From Guillardia theta CCMP2712 (lineage: Eukaryota; Protista; Cryptophyta), in assembly GCF_000315625.1 (NCBI RefSeq), contig NW_005434601.1, positions 358,011-422,010 of the forward strand: 64,000 bases of DNA. The letters run 5' to 3'. Under the pieces are notes generated by a model that saw only the letters and a list, made by a program, of their open reading frames with translations, made no database searches and was not told the DNA's origin. This document shows positions 33,505 through 46,317 of the stretch, in pieces. The stretch's first letter is position 1. Each line of letters starts with the position of its first letter. The position numbers and the translations under genes were made by a program.

Positions 33505-34178
33505 TTATCGGCAGGAGGGGTTCAACTCAGGGTCGCACCAGGCGTACTGCACCTTGCCGGCAACTCCGTCCATGTTGGGAGGGAACGCGGGTCTGGCACA
33601 TGAGTCAGCGAGCACAACTGATCAGGAAAGGCAAAGCGCTCACCCCATGGGGCCGGTGGATCCGATCATGTCGTGAGCAGCCTGATGCCAGATAGCGTTC
33701 TGCTCGCGTTGTCAGAAGCTTCCATCCACACCACAACAACAGCAGCTTCACTCACCGCCTTGAAGTAGTCGAGGTCTCTGGCGCAGTCTGCAGGATCAGC
33801 GCAGAACTGGGAAGCAGGATCCAGTTCAAGGGACTGGAGCCTGGCCTGTTTCAACGCTGGTCTCCTGCGGTGAATGGCCTTGATGTGCTTGGACTTGTAG
33901 GCGGAAGATCCGAGGAAGGGAAGCTGTGGGTTGATGTTCAGCCTGGAAGCCACGAACTTGGTGGGTAGAGAGTCCCCCCGAGCAACGAGCACAGCGTTGA
34001 TCAGCGCATCAGTGCCATCGTCCTTGTCGACCTGAGAAAGAGAAACTCTGCGAGAAGAAGCGATGACCACAACCCCCACGACAAGAAGAGCTGCGCCCAC
34101 GGCGAGCAAGACAGACTTCTTCTGATTCTTATTGCTGGACACCTCAGGTGCTCCTCCAAAGAAGGTACCGTCTGTCAT
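33505..34178 (-). CDS. Type II membrane-anchored precursor-like protein with C-terminal 4-Cys domain (3 exons)
   Basis: MTDGTFFGG...KKSVLLAVGAALLVVGVVVIASSRRVSL...KQARLQSL-ELDPASQFCADPADCARDLDYFKA|NAIWHQAAHDMIGSTGPMG|PAFPPNMDGVAGKVQYAWCDPELNPSCR*. Both introns are canonical and in phase. Confidence 0.7.
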
Positions 34179-35502
34179 CAGAATCAGCAACCCAGCCCAA
34201 GGATTATCGCTTTTTGTGTGAGGTGCACAAGACTCAAGACATTCATTAATGACCTTGTCTCTTGCAATGCGCAGAATGATAATATATGTTCGATGCAGCG
34301 TCAGATCATCGAGACGAAGGCGATCAAACATTAAGAACCATGGAAAACGAAACAATACTATGTACACAGGCAAGTACACCGCCAAACATATTACTGCATC
34401 AAATAATCTTGAAGTAATTGTGAAGAAAATGCAAATGATCATGCAATCATGGACTAGAATGAACATCTCATGTGCAAGGCATTTCACATCGTACACGAAA
34501 ATTGAACCGATCAACTGACCGGCTACCCAACACATTTTTCTATCTTCATGTATACACCACGAAAAAGAAAATCACAACACGGAAATTCACGTTCGATGTT
34601 TTGAATCTTAACAACTTTCATTCATTCTCGTTGTGTGATGAGATAACAACCAAAAAACATACGAATCGACAATTCAGCATTGATGAAAACTCAGCATTGA
34701 TGAATGTTTGCGCGGGCAAACATGACCAAGATACAGTATGCCAAGATGAAAATAAGAATAAACAAAAACAGACAAAATTCAGGGATAGTTCAAGATTATC
34801 AGGTTCATATAAAACGGCGCTCATAGAAGATTCAAGCAGATGAATGACGAGGTCATGGGCAAGGAGGTGATGGTGGTTCATGCATTCAACACGTGTTTGA
34901 TGATGAACGAGTCATGTGGATGAATCAAATAAGTCGCTTCTTCATCATCGTTCATCTCCTCCTCCTCCCCCCCTCATGAGGAATCATGTTGCAAACTCAC
35001 ATGCGGTCATTTCGGTGCCTTCCTTCTTCAATTCTCCCAGCAGGTGCTCCAAATCAGCACAGAATTTGAGTATTTTCACCAAAATATCCATTATACTGTG
35101 ATTTTCCTCTTTGAATTTGGTGGGTTTTATGAACTTTATTTGAAATTTCCATGGAGTATGACCCTCACGGAAAGATGTCTCTTCGATGAAGGAACACAGG
35201 ATATATCTCATAGCCCCCGCCGCACTGGAGGCATCAGGATACGGCCCCGGGCCGGGGCCCGGCCCCGGCGGGCCCGGGCCAACTTGGCAACGTTCAACCG
35301 TGAAACGGTTGATCGCTGACTGAACTCCCGGCACCGACTCGGAGGCTCAGCGGCCCGGCAGGACTGAACGGGCCGCAGTGGCACCGAAGTTGAAGAGTCC
35401 GTCAGAGTACGGCAAGTGAAGATCACCGGCGTGCCACTGCCAGGGTGATGGGCCAAACTTGGCAGTTGGGTTTAGGCCTTCACCGTGAGGGCATCGGGTG
35501 GT

Positions 35503-38500
35503 TCAAACTAGATCCCGCATCTTCTTCATGACCAGGTCCACCTGCTCCAGCACGTCAGCGGCAGGAAGGAGGCGAGAGCCGATGCCTCCTTGCGACGAGT
35601 CGAGCTCGTACTCTGCGAGAAGAAGATGCCTTGCCCTGGATCTCTCGACTGGAAGCAGCAGCGTCACTGGGGGGAGCACAGGAAGGTGCCTCTTGCCTTC
35701 TCGAGGATGGCGAGCAGGAGACGGAGGTCGATGTTGGGGTACGTCTGTCCTCGCTCCACCTGCCCCACTGCTGAGCTCGAGCTAGGGCTGGGGGTAACGG
35801 TACCTCGTCGAGGATGGGGAGGATGCTGGGGGCCACGAGGAGGTTGACGAGCTGCCGCAGGGGAGCGAAGCAATCCTTGAGGCCAGAGACCTGCTCCATG
35901 GTGACGCGGGTGGTGGTTGTGGAGGAGGAGGAGGAGGAGGAGGAGGAGGAGGAGGAGGAGGAGGAGGAGGAGGAGGTGTTGGTGGTGGTGGTGGTGGAGC
36001 AACNNNNNNNNNNNNNNNNNNNNNNNNNNNNNNNNNNNNNNNNNNNNNNNNNNNNNNNNNNNNNNNNNNNNNNNNNNNNNNNNNNNNNNNNNNNNNNNNN
36101 NNNCCAGCCCCTGCTTCAGCTTCTTCCCAACTGCTCCTGCTCCACCTCCTCATCAGCAGCGTGAAGAAGGCGGTCGACGCCTCTCATTACTCCTACTTGT
36201 CCTAGTCTACCAGAAGAAAAGCCTCCCCGACGTTACAAAAGAAGTAGCAGCAGCACCAGTGGAGGAGGCAGCAGAAGATCCTGTTTTCCATGTTGATGTA
36301 GAGGAGGAGGAGGAAAAGGTGGTGGATGGTGGTGCTTCATTCTGCTCCTCCACCCCCGCTATCATGAAGTGGAGGTGGGAGTGGTAGGAGTACTACGAGG
36401 ATGAGGAGGATGAGGAGGGGGAGGACGAGGTCGAGGAGGAGCTGGACCAGCTGGCGGTCGCCATAATCGTCATCGTCGTAGTCGTCGTCGGTGGTGGTGG
36501 TGGTGGTGGAGGAGGAGGAGGAGGAGGAGGAGGTGTTGGTGGTGGTGGTGGTGGAGCAACAGCAGGAACAGCTTTCATGAGACCTTTGATTCGATTGCGA
36601 AGGCTTCAAGAGCATGCAGGTCCTTGTCAAGCTTCTGGAAGGCGTTGAAGAAGATCTTCTTGACGCTGTTCCTGGGGTTCAGCACGAGGAGGAGACGCGA
36701 AGGCTACCTGGAGCTGAGAGGCTGCTGATAGAGACGCTGAGCGATGGCGTTGAAAGCCTTGTAGTGGAGGGCCTCTAGAGCAGAGTCAGGGTGATGGAGA
36801 GATGAGGAGGAGGAGGGAAAGGAGAAGAGGAGAGAGGACGAGAGCAGAGGGAAGTGGCGGAGGGCGGAGGGGAGGAAGAGCACAACCTCGAACGTGAGAT
36901 GGTAGAGAGATGAAGGTGGAGAAAGTAGATCCTGCTTTCAACTCAACCAAGACCAAAGGAACTGACGGAAATAGAGGAGGGGGAGAATAGGGGGAGGGGG
37001 AGGGGGAGGGGGAGGGGAGAAAGAGGAGACAAGGGATCGAGGTATCCTCACGGAGGTAGGCGACGAGGTCTAGGATGTAGTCTGAGGGCTGGTCCATCTG
37101 CTTCATCGAGGACGGCGCCCAGTCGAACTCTGCGACTCCTCGGTCCATGATCTCGTTCACCTGCCCCCAGTCAGCCACGTCCGCACTGCCCCGCCCATCG
37201 ACCACCTTGGCCATCACGGCAGAGAAGAGAAGGTCCTCCGCCCCGCTCCTGGAATGAACTTCAGCTCCTCCCCCAACCCCTCAGTCGTTCCCTTCCTCCT
37301 CCTGATCATCCTCCTCCTGATCCTCCTCCTCCTCCACGTTGTCGTCTTCCTTGTCCTCCTCCTCCTCCTCCTCCTTCTCTCACCTCGCTCGCTGAAACGC
37401 CTCCGAGGATCGCTCTACGCGCTGCTGGATCGTTTTGATCCCAGCCACTGCAGATTTCTCGCTCGGGGCGAGATGGAGGTAGAGGGAGCCCACGTAGCTC
37501 ATCAGCTGCTCGCAGCTTTGGCTAACAACCTGCCACCAATGTCACGATGCTGCTACTCCTCCTGCTCCTCCTCCTCCTGCTCCTGCTCCTCCTCCTCATC
37601 ATCATCCTTCTCCTTCTCCTTCTCCTTCTCCTCCTCCTTCTCCTCTTCCTTCTGATCCTCCTCCTTCCTTACCTCAGTGTTTACGCAGATCTGCAGTGCA
37701 AGATTGATCGGAACTTTCTGCCCCCCTCGCATCTGCCGGCTGCGTCAGGAGGAGCGACGAACGGCAGCACCTGCCTCGATGTAGGGATGAAGCGGACGAG
37801 TCATCTCCTCGCTGAGGACCTCCCGGAGGAACGTCTCCAGCGCTGCTCGAGCGAGGGATCAGCGGGAAGGGAGGAGGAGGGAGGAGGAGACGGAAGATGG
37901 AAGAGGGAGAGGAGGGAGAGATGGAAGGGTGAGGGGGGAGAGAAAGATACTTTCAAGGACCGTCTCACGGTCCGACGCAGCTTGATCGGTGAAGGAGGAC
38001 AGGTCGAAAGCCAGGTTCTTGCAGATCTTGACACGAGTCATGGGAAGGAGGAGGAGGAGGAGGAGGAGGAGGAGGAGGAGGAGGAGGAGGAGGAGGTTGG
38101 AAGTTGGTAGGAGGAAGAGGAGGAGCAAGAAACACCTGCAGAAGTCTCGGAACGCTGCGCGAGAAGGACATGGTAACAGTCTTGAACTTCTTGCTGCTTC
38201 CTTGTCAGGATTCCTCGCTGCCTTCAGAAGGTTTTGATGACTCACCTCGCCTTGCTCTCCTCCGATGACATCTCAAAGTGTGTAAGCTAGCAAACGCTCA
38301 GTCATTGACCTGCTCCTCCTCCTCCTGCTCCTCCTCCTCCTTCTCAATCCCCTTCCCTCTTTTACCTGATGGTCAACAACGAGTCTCTCATAGTCTGTGG
38401 GGCTTTCAACACGGAGGGGATCATGGCTGCCAAGATCAAACGGATCAGCGCTCTCTCCATTCTCCATCTACCCCTTCCATCTTCCGAGCTCCTTTCCCCC

Positions 38501-40805
38501 GCCCCCCCCATCCTCCCCCGCCTTCTACCCACCACCATCTCCCCTCATCTCCAGCGTCCGGCCTCGCCCGCCATCTCCTCTCTCTCCTTCCTCACCTGTC
38601 GTTCTCGATGACTCGCCGCGCGTCTTCCCTGCTCTCCTCCTGCACCCCCGTCAGCTCCTCCCCTGACCTCCGCCAGCAGCACCAGCAGCAGCTTGATGTA
38701 GAGCGGGCGGACGCTCTCCAAGGAGGCGCGGAGAGCGCGCGTGCTGTACCCACACTTGTCCAGGGACCCGCAGACGAGGTGGAGGAGAGCTCGGAGCTCG
38801 ACGAACGTCGCTGACTCCCTGACCCTGCTGCACTCCTGGGAGATGGAGGAGGAGAGCAGGAGAGCGCAGCCGGCCCACTCGTAGTCAGACTGAGCACGAG
38901 GGAAGACGCCGTTGGAGGCGGTGGAGACGGCATCTTCCAGCACGAAGAAGCCAAGGATCTTCTCGAGGAAGGGGCGGAAGAGGCCTGAGGAGCTCGGATG
39001 AGCCCCAGGAGAGAGGAGGATGGCGAGAGAGCGAGCAGGGGGTACAATGATAGATGGAGAAGATTGAGGAGAGTCACGGGAGGAGAGGGAGGGAAGGCAA
39101 GGAGAGAAGAATAGAAGTAGGGAGGGAGGGAGGAAGAGGAGGGAGGGAGGCAGTGAAGGAGGGAGGAGGGAGGAAAGAGACTTCATCATACCGCTGATGT
39201 CGAGCACGAAGTCCTTGGGAGGAAGGTGGTCGATCCTGGCGTGGGACCTCCGAGTGTCGCGGAAGTGGGAGCGGAGGGAGGGGAGCTGCCCGAGCTCTCG
39301 GAAGATGTGCAGGCACTGGAGCAGTGAGCCCATGTCCACTCCGACCTTACGGAAGTCGATGAGGCCGGAGGATCGAGCGCTGCTGCTCATGGCGGCGAGC
39401 GAGAGCCGAGGGATGCTTCCCGGCTCCTCCCCGTCCACCTGCGCTGCCTGCGTGTTGCGGTTGGCCAGCTGCAGGGCCTCGTCCTCTAGCACGCTGCTCT
39501 CCTGCATAGCCTGCATCGCCGCCTTCCCCACGGGCTGTGCGAGCATGCGAAGCTGCGAGATCCACTTGTTGAACTCCATCAGGCAGCTTGTCCGCATCTT
39601 CTCCGCCTGGATGGGGAGCTGACGCTCCAGCAGTCGGCTGAACGAAGGAGCCTGCATGTCTGCCACATGCATCGCCTGCGTGAATGAGGATGGGAGGGGG
39701 AGGGGGAGAGGGAGAGCAAAGTGGAAGGGGGGGGGGAGGAAGCGATCAGATCAGAGGACGTGGATACAAACTTTCACTGCTTGCCTGCAGCTGCTGGAAG
39801 GTCTTGAGCGCCCTGAGCAGCTTCTTCTGGTCGAGGAACCTCTGGAGGCAGGGGATGAGAGGGAGCCAACAAGCGACAACGGTTGCCTTGATAGTGCAGA
39901 TGAGCTGCAGGGCCCCCTGGAGCTCCGCAAGAGCCTCGTAGGAGTTGTCGATGTTCCTCACCGCAACCCCGAGCCTCTTCACCTCCTCTTGCGCCGCCAG
40001 AAGCTCTCGCCCCTGCCATGAGGACAGCAGTCAGCGGTACACGCTAGCGGTCGAGGTGAGGGGGGGCAGGGAATGACAAGCAGGGGGGAGGGGGGCAGGA
40101 GGAGGACGAGAGCGAGAAGAGAAGGATGAGGAAGAAGACGATGAGAGCAGGAGCAGGAGCAGGAGCAGGAGGAGAGGAGGAGGATGAGGAAGAAGACGAT
40201 GAGAGCAGGAGCAGGAGGAGGAGGAGGAGGAGGAGGAGAAGGAGGAGGAGGAGGAGGAGGAGGAGGAGGACCTCAGATTGCAGCTCGTCATTGACTGAGA
40301 CGATGCTGTCGCCGACTTGTCGCGCATGGTCCCTGATCGACACAATGGCCTCCACGGACCGGATGAAGTCCAACGCACTTTCCTGCCCGCAGAGCCCCAG
40401 GATCTCCTCGTCTTTCTGATCCACAATCCCATCCAAGGACGAGAGCAGCGACGTTTGTGCTCCTCTCTCATACACTGCTCGAACCGCTGGCCCGATGTCC
40501 TCGCTGTCCAGCAAGCTCCCTATCAACACTTCCTCCTCCAGCGACGTAAGGTGCCCGTCCACGATCCCGTCCCCGACGTTGTCCCTGAACTCGTTGTCCA
40601 GCTCGTCCTCGTTGTCGTACTCGTTCCAGGTGAGCTCGTGGCTCCTGTTGTTGCTTGCCATGTCGTCCAGCATGTTGTCCGATGACGAACGACGTGTTGA
40701 AACTTTGTGAGCGAGCTTGTCCGTAGCCCCCCCGTTGACCCTCTCGCCCGGTCGAAACATCTTCTTCCCATGTTTGATCAGCTTGCTCGGGGACAAGAAA
40801 GGCAT
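35503..40805 (-). CDS. SEC15: Exocyst complex component Sec15/EXOC6, multi-exon, spans the gap at 36004-36103
   Basis: EDIGPAVRAVYE...DEEILGLC...DFIRSVE, VAVRNIDNSYEAL, EFNKWISQLR, VDMGSLLQCLHIF, FLEKILGFFVLED, FDWAPSS..PSDYILDLVAYL, FAPLRQLVNLL. Confidence 0.88.
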
Positions 40806-41632
40806 CCTCGAGCTCTCTTTCGTTCTTCTCTCCCCTTGTGACAGGAATCAAGTCCTCCCTATGACCCCATCCATGCAGTCTCTCCCTTATGCTGCTTGCT
40901 GTATCACTGTCCGCTCCGACCGAGTTATCTCTTCCTTAGCATCCTCCTCCTCCTTATCTTGTCTCATCCCTTACTCTTCTTCCTCACTCCTCCTCACTCC
41001 TCCTCCTCACTCCTCCTCCTCTCCATCCTCGCTCCTCCTCCTCCTCCTCCACCTCCCTCGTTCGCTTCAATGTTCTCTCTGAACACCATTCCTCATCTGT
41101 TTGACTACAGCCGTGCTCAACACTGCGAAACCCGACGCCGGCCGGGCCGCGGCGGGCCCCGCCGGCCCGGGCCCGGTCATGGCACTGCCAGCGGCTCAGG
41201 GTACAGTACACGGTGTTTTGCAAGGATCACTGAGTACGGTTCAATGTGCCAGCAAGGACTGAGCCCGACTCTACTCAACCTCAATCTCGTAGATCATATT
41301 CTGTCTACCGTCTATGACATTCACGGTTATAAGTTCAAGTTGTGCAGCCTTGCAAACTTGAAACTGAAATCATCATGGCATGGGTTTGATTTCTCACCGG
41401 AGTCCGAAGCCTGGCATCATCAGTGTAATCACACGGTGACCGTAGAACCTGGGCCCGGCGGGCCCGGCGGAACTTAAGTTGCCGTCACTGGTAATTTTGA
41501 CTACAGTCGTGCTAAACCCTCAAATATTGATTAAAGAGTTTTATAGTCAAAATTCAGGACGAAATATTGACTATAAACATGGCTTATTCACTAGAGACGT
41601 TGGTAGGATGTGCTGGTTAGCCGCAATGCGAG

Positions 41633-41900
41633 AAGAGAGGAGAGGAGGAGAGGAGAGGAGAGGAGAGGAGAGGAGAGGAGAGGAGAAGAGGAGAGGAGAA
41701 GAGGAGAGGAGAGGAGAGGAGAGGAGAGGAGAGGAGGAGAGGAGAGAAGGAGAGAAGAGGAGGAGGGGAGGGGAGGGGAGGAGAGGAGGAGAGGAGGAGA
41801 GGAGGATAGAGGAGGAGAGGAGGAGAGAAGAGGAGGAGAGAAGAGGGGGGGGGGAGGGGAGAAGAGGAGAGAAGGAGAGAAGGAGAGGAGAGGAGGAGAT
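41633..41900. repeat. ~270-bp almost pure-purine (GGAGA/GAGGA)n tract in the Sec15/ZnT9 divergent intergenic region
   Basis: Directly visible in the sequence. Confidence 0.9.
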
Positions 41901-42265
41901 GATATAGGGGCTGAGGAGCCATGACAAAACCAAAACGGAGGAGTCAAATTGAAGTCCAAGGTGAAGGGTAGGTTGAAAATGCTTCAGAGACGCTCAAGGT
42001 CTGAGAGGATCCGAGGGTCAGGTTGGACAAAGACGTGGGCGAGAGGAAGAGCAAGAGATAGCGAGAGATGGAGACAATAGACTATGATCATATGATTTGT
42101 GTGGAGACGGAAGTACCGTTTCCTGAGTGCCTCTAGAGACTTTGCATAAGCTTTTCTTTGTGTTTGGGATGGAGTTGTTCTCTCAGACCACGTCTTGATG
42201 CTGTTCCCTTAGGACACCACCGAGCACGAGCATGGGCACGAGCACAACCTCGCTCGCTCGCTGAT

Positions 42266-44950
42266 ATGCCTGGTGGCGCTCGAAGTTTGCAGCGAGTGCA
42301 GGCGATCTGGCATCACAACCCAAGTGCCCGGGGGGCGCTTGCCCGGCCCTTCCTCGTCAAGTTTGTTCATAGAAATCAGGTGGACTGGGGCAGCAGGAGT
42401 TTCCCCTCAGCTCCTGGGTTGCCATGTCGTCCTTTCTTTGCTCCATCGCGTCTTCCCGCTCTCTGCCTGCTTCCTCCTCGAATGAGCCCCCAAGTGCGCG
42501 CAAGGGCCCTGTCACGCTTCAACGACGAGATCCCTACCGACGCCTCCATCAACTTCCTTGACGAGCCCATCCAGTTCGGGTTGCCGAGGGGAGAAGGAGA
42601 CACGATGCCAAAGGTCGTCGCCAAGAGGAGGTGAGGAGAGCGCTTGTCAGGTGCAGGTGGTGAGGTTGGCTGCAGGTACCTCCTGCTAGAGGAAGACCTT
42701 GCACGCCTGAAGCCCGTTCCCCATGAGAACAAGATCGTGTACAACGTAGAGGACCTCGAGCGAGCATGTCTTCGGCGGTGGGGAAGCGAGAAGGAGTTCA
42801 GGAGAGAGCAGCTCAGGAGGGAGATCAGGCGTCGGCGTCGAGTGAACCGCTATGACCTCTCGGACCTTCCCTGGGATCCCGCACTGGGCAGGTGATGAGG
42901 GTTTGACCTTCTCCTGCTGCACCTGACGAGCTTGTTCCCCCAGAGTTCCGGTGTACGACGCATCTGCGGATGTGGTGGGCAGACGCGCTGTTCATACGGC
43001 TATCGCTACCAATGGGGTGAGAAACGCTCTTTGCACCTGATTCTCCTCCACTCTCCTGCCCGCCTCCCTCTCCTCTCCTTCTCCTGTGAGGTCAAGTCGT
43101 CCCCAGATCGTTCTCGTGAGCAAGCTTGTGGCATTCGTTTACACGGGATCGGCTTCGGGTCAAGTTTCTCCTCCTCTTGTCTCCTTATGTCACCCGCTCC
43201 CTCCCACGCAGTTCTCTCTGAATGCGTTCACTCCATCGCGGACTTTGGAAATCAGTGCCTCCTCGCCGTCGGAATCGCGCAGGTCAGAGGGAGGAGGATG
43301 CATAAGGGAGGGGCGGGGGAGCTCGGGGGCAACTAGGGGACAGGAGCACAAGGCATCTCAGATCTGACGAGCCCTACAGTCTCTGAGAGAAGCGGATGCT
43401 TCTCATCCTTACGGGTACGCGACGGACAGGCAAGTCAAGTGGCCTCGGAGGCTGAGGCTGAGGGAGCGAGCAGATACGTCTGGTCCCTTATCTCCGGCGT
43501 CGGCATCTTCTTTCTCGGATGCGGAGTTTCAGTCTACCACGGTCCTTGTGCTCTCCCGAGCCCTTCTCTCCTCACCTGCTGAGCCATAGGCATCTCGGGC
43601 CTCCTCCAGCCTCATGAGATCGAGAACTTCCAGGTTCTTTACTGCTGCTGCTGCTGCTGCTCCACTGCCTCATTCCTCGTTTCTCCACTTGGCTGATTCT
43701 GACTGTCGACCTCTTAGATCGGCATGGGGGTCCTCGGCATCGCTTTCGTTGTTGAAGGATACAGGTACGTTAGGAGAGGAGCAGCGCTAGGCAGAGGAGT
43801 TGCATCTGCTTCCGCTCCTGACGCTCAGACAGTTTTTGGATTGCCGTGAAGGAGTGCCGGATGGAGGCGAAGAAAGCGAACCTCACTCTCCGCGAGTACA
43901 TCCTCGAAGGTCCGATGCCTCTCTCTCCCTTTGCTCCTTGACGCCTCGTCGACTCTCTCCCCTCCCCTCTCCTCCCCTCCTCAGGCTCGGACGCGATGAA
44001 TGTGGCTGTCCTCATGGAAGACGGGGTTGCGGTGAGCTCCTCCTAGTGCTTTGGGGGAGAGCAAGTGATGAGATCGCGCTCAGGTCGGAGGATGCGGCAT
44101 CGCCGCCTCCTGTCTCTACGCTTCCCAGGTCTGATGAGCTTCAAACTTTGTTGGTGCTGCTACTCTGACATCTGTCAGCTCACTGGCAACCCCTTGTTTG
44201 ACTCCTTTGGCTCCATCGCCATCGGGAGGTGAATAACAAGCTTCCCCCCCCCCTCCCCCCCCACCTCGCTCTTGTTTCGCTTTCTCACCTCTCTGCTCTC
44301 CCCCCATGTCCCTCCCTGCCATCTGACTCAGAGGCTCAGCCTTCTCGGTTTCGTGGCCATCATCCTCATTCGCAAGAACCGGTAAAGATTCCTCCCTCCC
44401 CTCCCTCCTCTCCCTCCTTCCCCTCCCCTCCTCCTCCCCTTCTCGCTACCTCCGCCCTCTTCCACCGCCACCATCCCAACCTTCCCATCCCCCATCCTCT
44501 TCTTCCTCCTCTCCCCTCAACTCCTCTCAGAAACCTCCTCGTGGGCTCGGCGCTGCCCGAGAAGCGGATCTCCAGGGTGATCGAGATGCTCGAGAACGAC
44601 CCTGTGGTGTCGTCGGTCCACGACGTGAAGGCCATCATCATCGGGGCAGACCGCGGGCGCTTCAAGGCCGAGATCAACTTCGACGCCAAGACTCTCGCAC
44701 GACGATCGATCCAGCGGTGCAGGAGGTGCTTGCAGTCGCTACAGTCCAACCTCTCCCCCACCGAGGTGGAGAATGTCATGCTGACGTACAGCACCGAGAT
44801 GCTGGCGCAGATCGGAGACGAGGTGGACCGGCTGGAGGTGAGCTGGGGAGAGGAGGAAGCTTCAAGGGAGAGATTGACGTGGGTGTGCTGCAGGGCATGA
44901 TCCGGCGAGAGCTCCCTGAGATCAGACACGTTGATCTTGAGATTTTGTGA
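42266..44950 (+). CDS. SLC30A9: Cation diffusion facilitator, ZnT9/SLC30A9-like, multi-exon
   Basis: N-terminal YLLLEEDLARLK...YNVEDLERACLRRWGS domain; LSECVHSIADFGNQCLL, HPYGYATDRYVWSLISGVGIFFLGCG, VAVLMEDG, FDSFGSIAIG, LENDPVVSSVHDVKA, FKAEINFD, IGDEVDRLE, PEIRHVDLEIL*. Confidence 0.88.
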
Positions 44951-45105
44951 GAGGAGGGTGGAGAACGAGGGACAATGGTCCTACAGAGGAGGGAGGAGGG
45001 AGGAGGGAGCAAGGACGAAGGCTGTGGGATGGAATGCGTTGTAATCTGAGTCCTTGCACTACCCTCTCTTCTTCTGCCTGTCAACTCAATGTCAGTGCCC
45101 TGCCG

Positions 45106-46175
45106 TCAAGCAGACTTGCGCTTCCTCGACGTGTAGAAGTCGTACTCGCTCTGAATGACGTTGTCAACATCTGCAAGATACTCTCAGGAAAGACTCGCAG
45201 CTGGCAGACGAGGAGATCACGTTTGCAGTCTCTCAGCATCAGGAACCTTGAGATCCCCCATGCCGCCATGTCCGAGAAACGCGGGAAGATGAGGAAGTGG
45301 AGGAGAGTGTAGTAGCAGCCCCCGAAGAGGACACCAACGCACAGACCGACGATCACCTGCGCCTCCGTGTGGAAGCCTGCGGCTCTCCATCACTCCCACA
45401 ACTCCTTCACCTTCTTCCTACCCAAGTGCACCCTGCCGAAGACAACAGCGCCGGAGAGGAGCAGGTTGAAGGCGATGGGTAGCAGCTTGTACACCATCGA
45501 GACGTTCTTGATCCGCAGGAGGATGACGGCTGCGGAGAAAACAAGGTAGAAGCCCATGAACTGAGAGTGCGCCGACGGCATCCCATGCCCGTCAAAACCC
45601 ACCGCTGCCACTCCGGGTCACTCCTGACGGTCAACTCCCGCACGCTCCATCACCTGGGGCGCCAGGCGGGCGTTGCTCCTTGAAGAGACGCTTGAGGAAG
45701 AAGTTTAGAGCCTCGTTGAGAATGTGCCCCAGCAACCAGAAGCACACCACCAGCTCCCTGCACCTAGCGATGAGCTGGAAATGGCGTTAGCGCTTCCCTA
45801 CCAGTTGGAGTAGTAGGTCATGTAGTACCGTTACCAACGCGCAGACAATGAAGTATGGCGCCATGGCAGCTACACCTGTCCAACAGAGGAAAGTCTCAGA
45901 CAGGGCAGGATCAGGAGAGGCCAGGAGGAAACGACGGGAATGTCACAGGATACGAGGGAGAGAGGGGCGATGGGGAGCGAACGAGGTAGCGAAGAGGACA
46001 CGAGAAGGGAGGGAGGGAGGCGGGAAGTGTGGAGTAATGGAAGGAGGAGGAGGAGGAGGAGGAGGAGGAGGAGGAGAGTAGGTCTGCCATGTGCATACTT
46101 ACCCAGCAGCTTCTCCCCCTTGCTCTCCGGGTCCACCATAACGAGGAACATCCCCATCGGAACCCGCTCCACCAT
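45106..46175 (-). CDS. DOLPP1: Dolichyl-diphosphate phosphatase (PAP2 family)
   Basis: NEALNFFLKRLFKEQRP (C1), GHGMPSAHSQFMGF (C2), GRVHLG..HTEAQVIVG (C3), FLMLRDC. The C-terminus KRKSA* resembles a KxKxx ER retrieval signal. Confidence 0.85.
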
Positions 46176-46317
46176 CGCCCCGATCCCCTGGCCCCTTCAT
46201 CCCCCTCATCCCCCTCATTCTCCTCATCCCCTTCATACCCAAATCATCGCCCTCATAAAATACTATGAGCCCTCATCCCCCTGCTTTCCCTGCACCGTCT
46301 TCAGGTGACAAGTTTCC
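46176..46317. promoter_or_regulatory. Compact ~140-bp putative bidirectional promoter (DOLPP1 / plastid protein) with repeated CCCTCAT(C) elements
   Basis: Divergent ATGs at 46175 and 46318. About 7 CC(C/T)TCAT copies lie between them. Confidence 0.5.

Noticed and set aside
34860-35100. Possible small minus-strand gene MDILVKILKFCADLEHLLGELKK
   Set aside because: Single short exon-like segment in AT-rich DNA with no supportable continuation.
35900-36570. Duplicated GGA/GGT block (..ggtgttggtggtggtggtggtggagcaac) either side of the gap, with apparently unrelated sequence between
   Set aside because: Adjacent to an N gap and microsatellites inside the Sec15 gene; most likely an assembly artefact.
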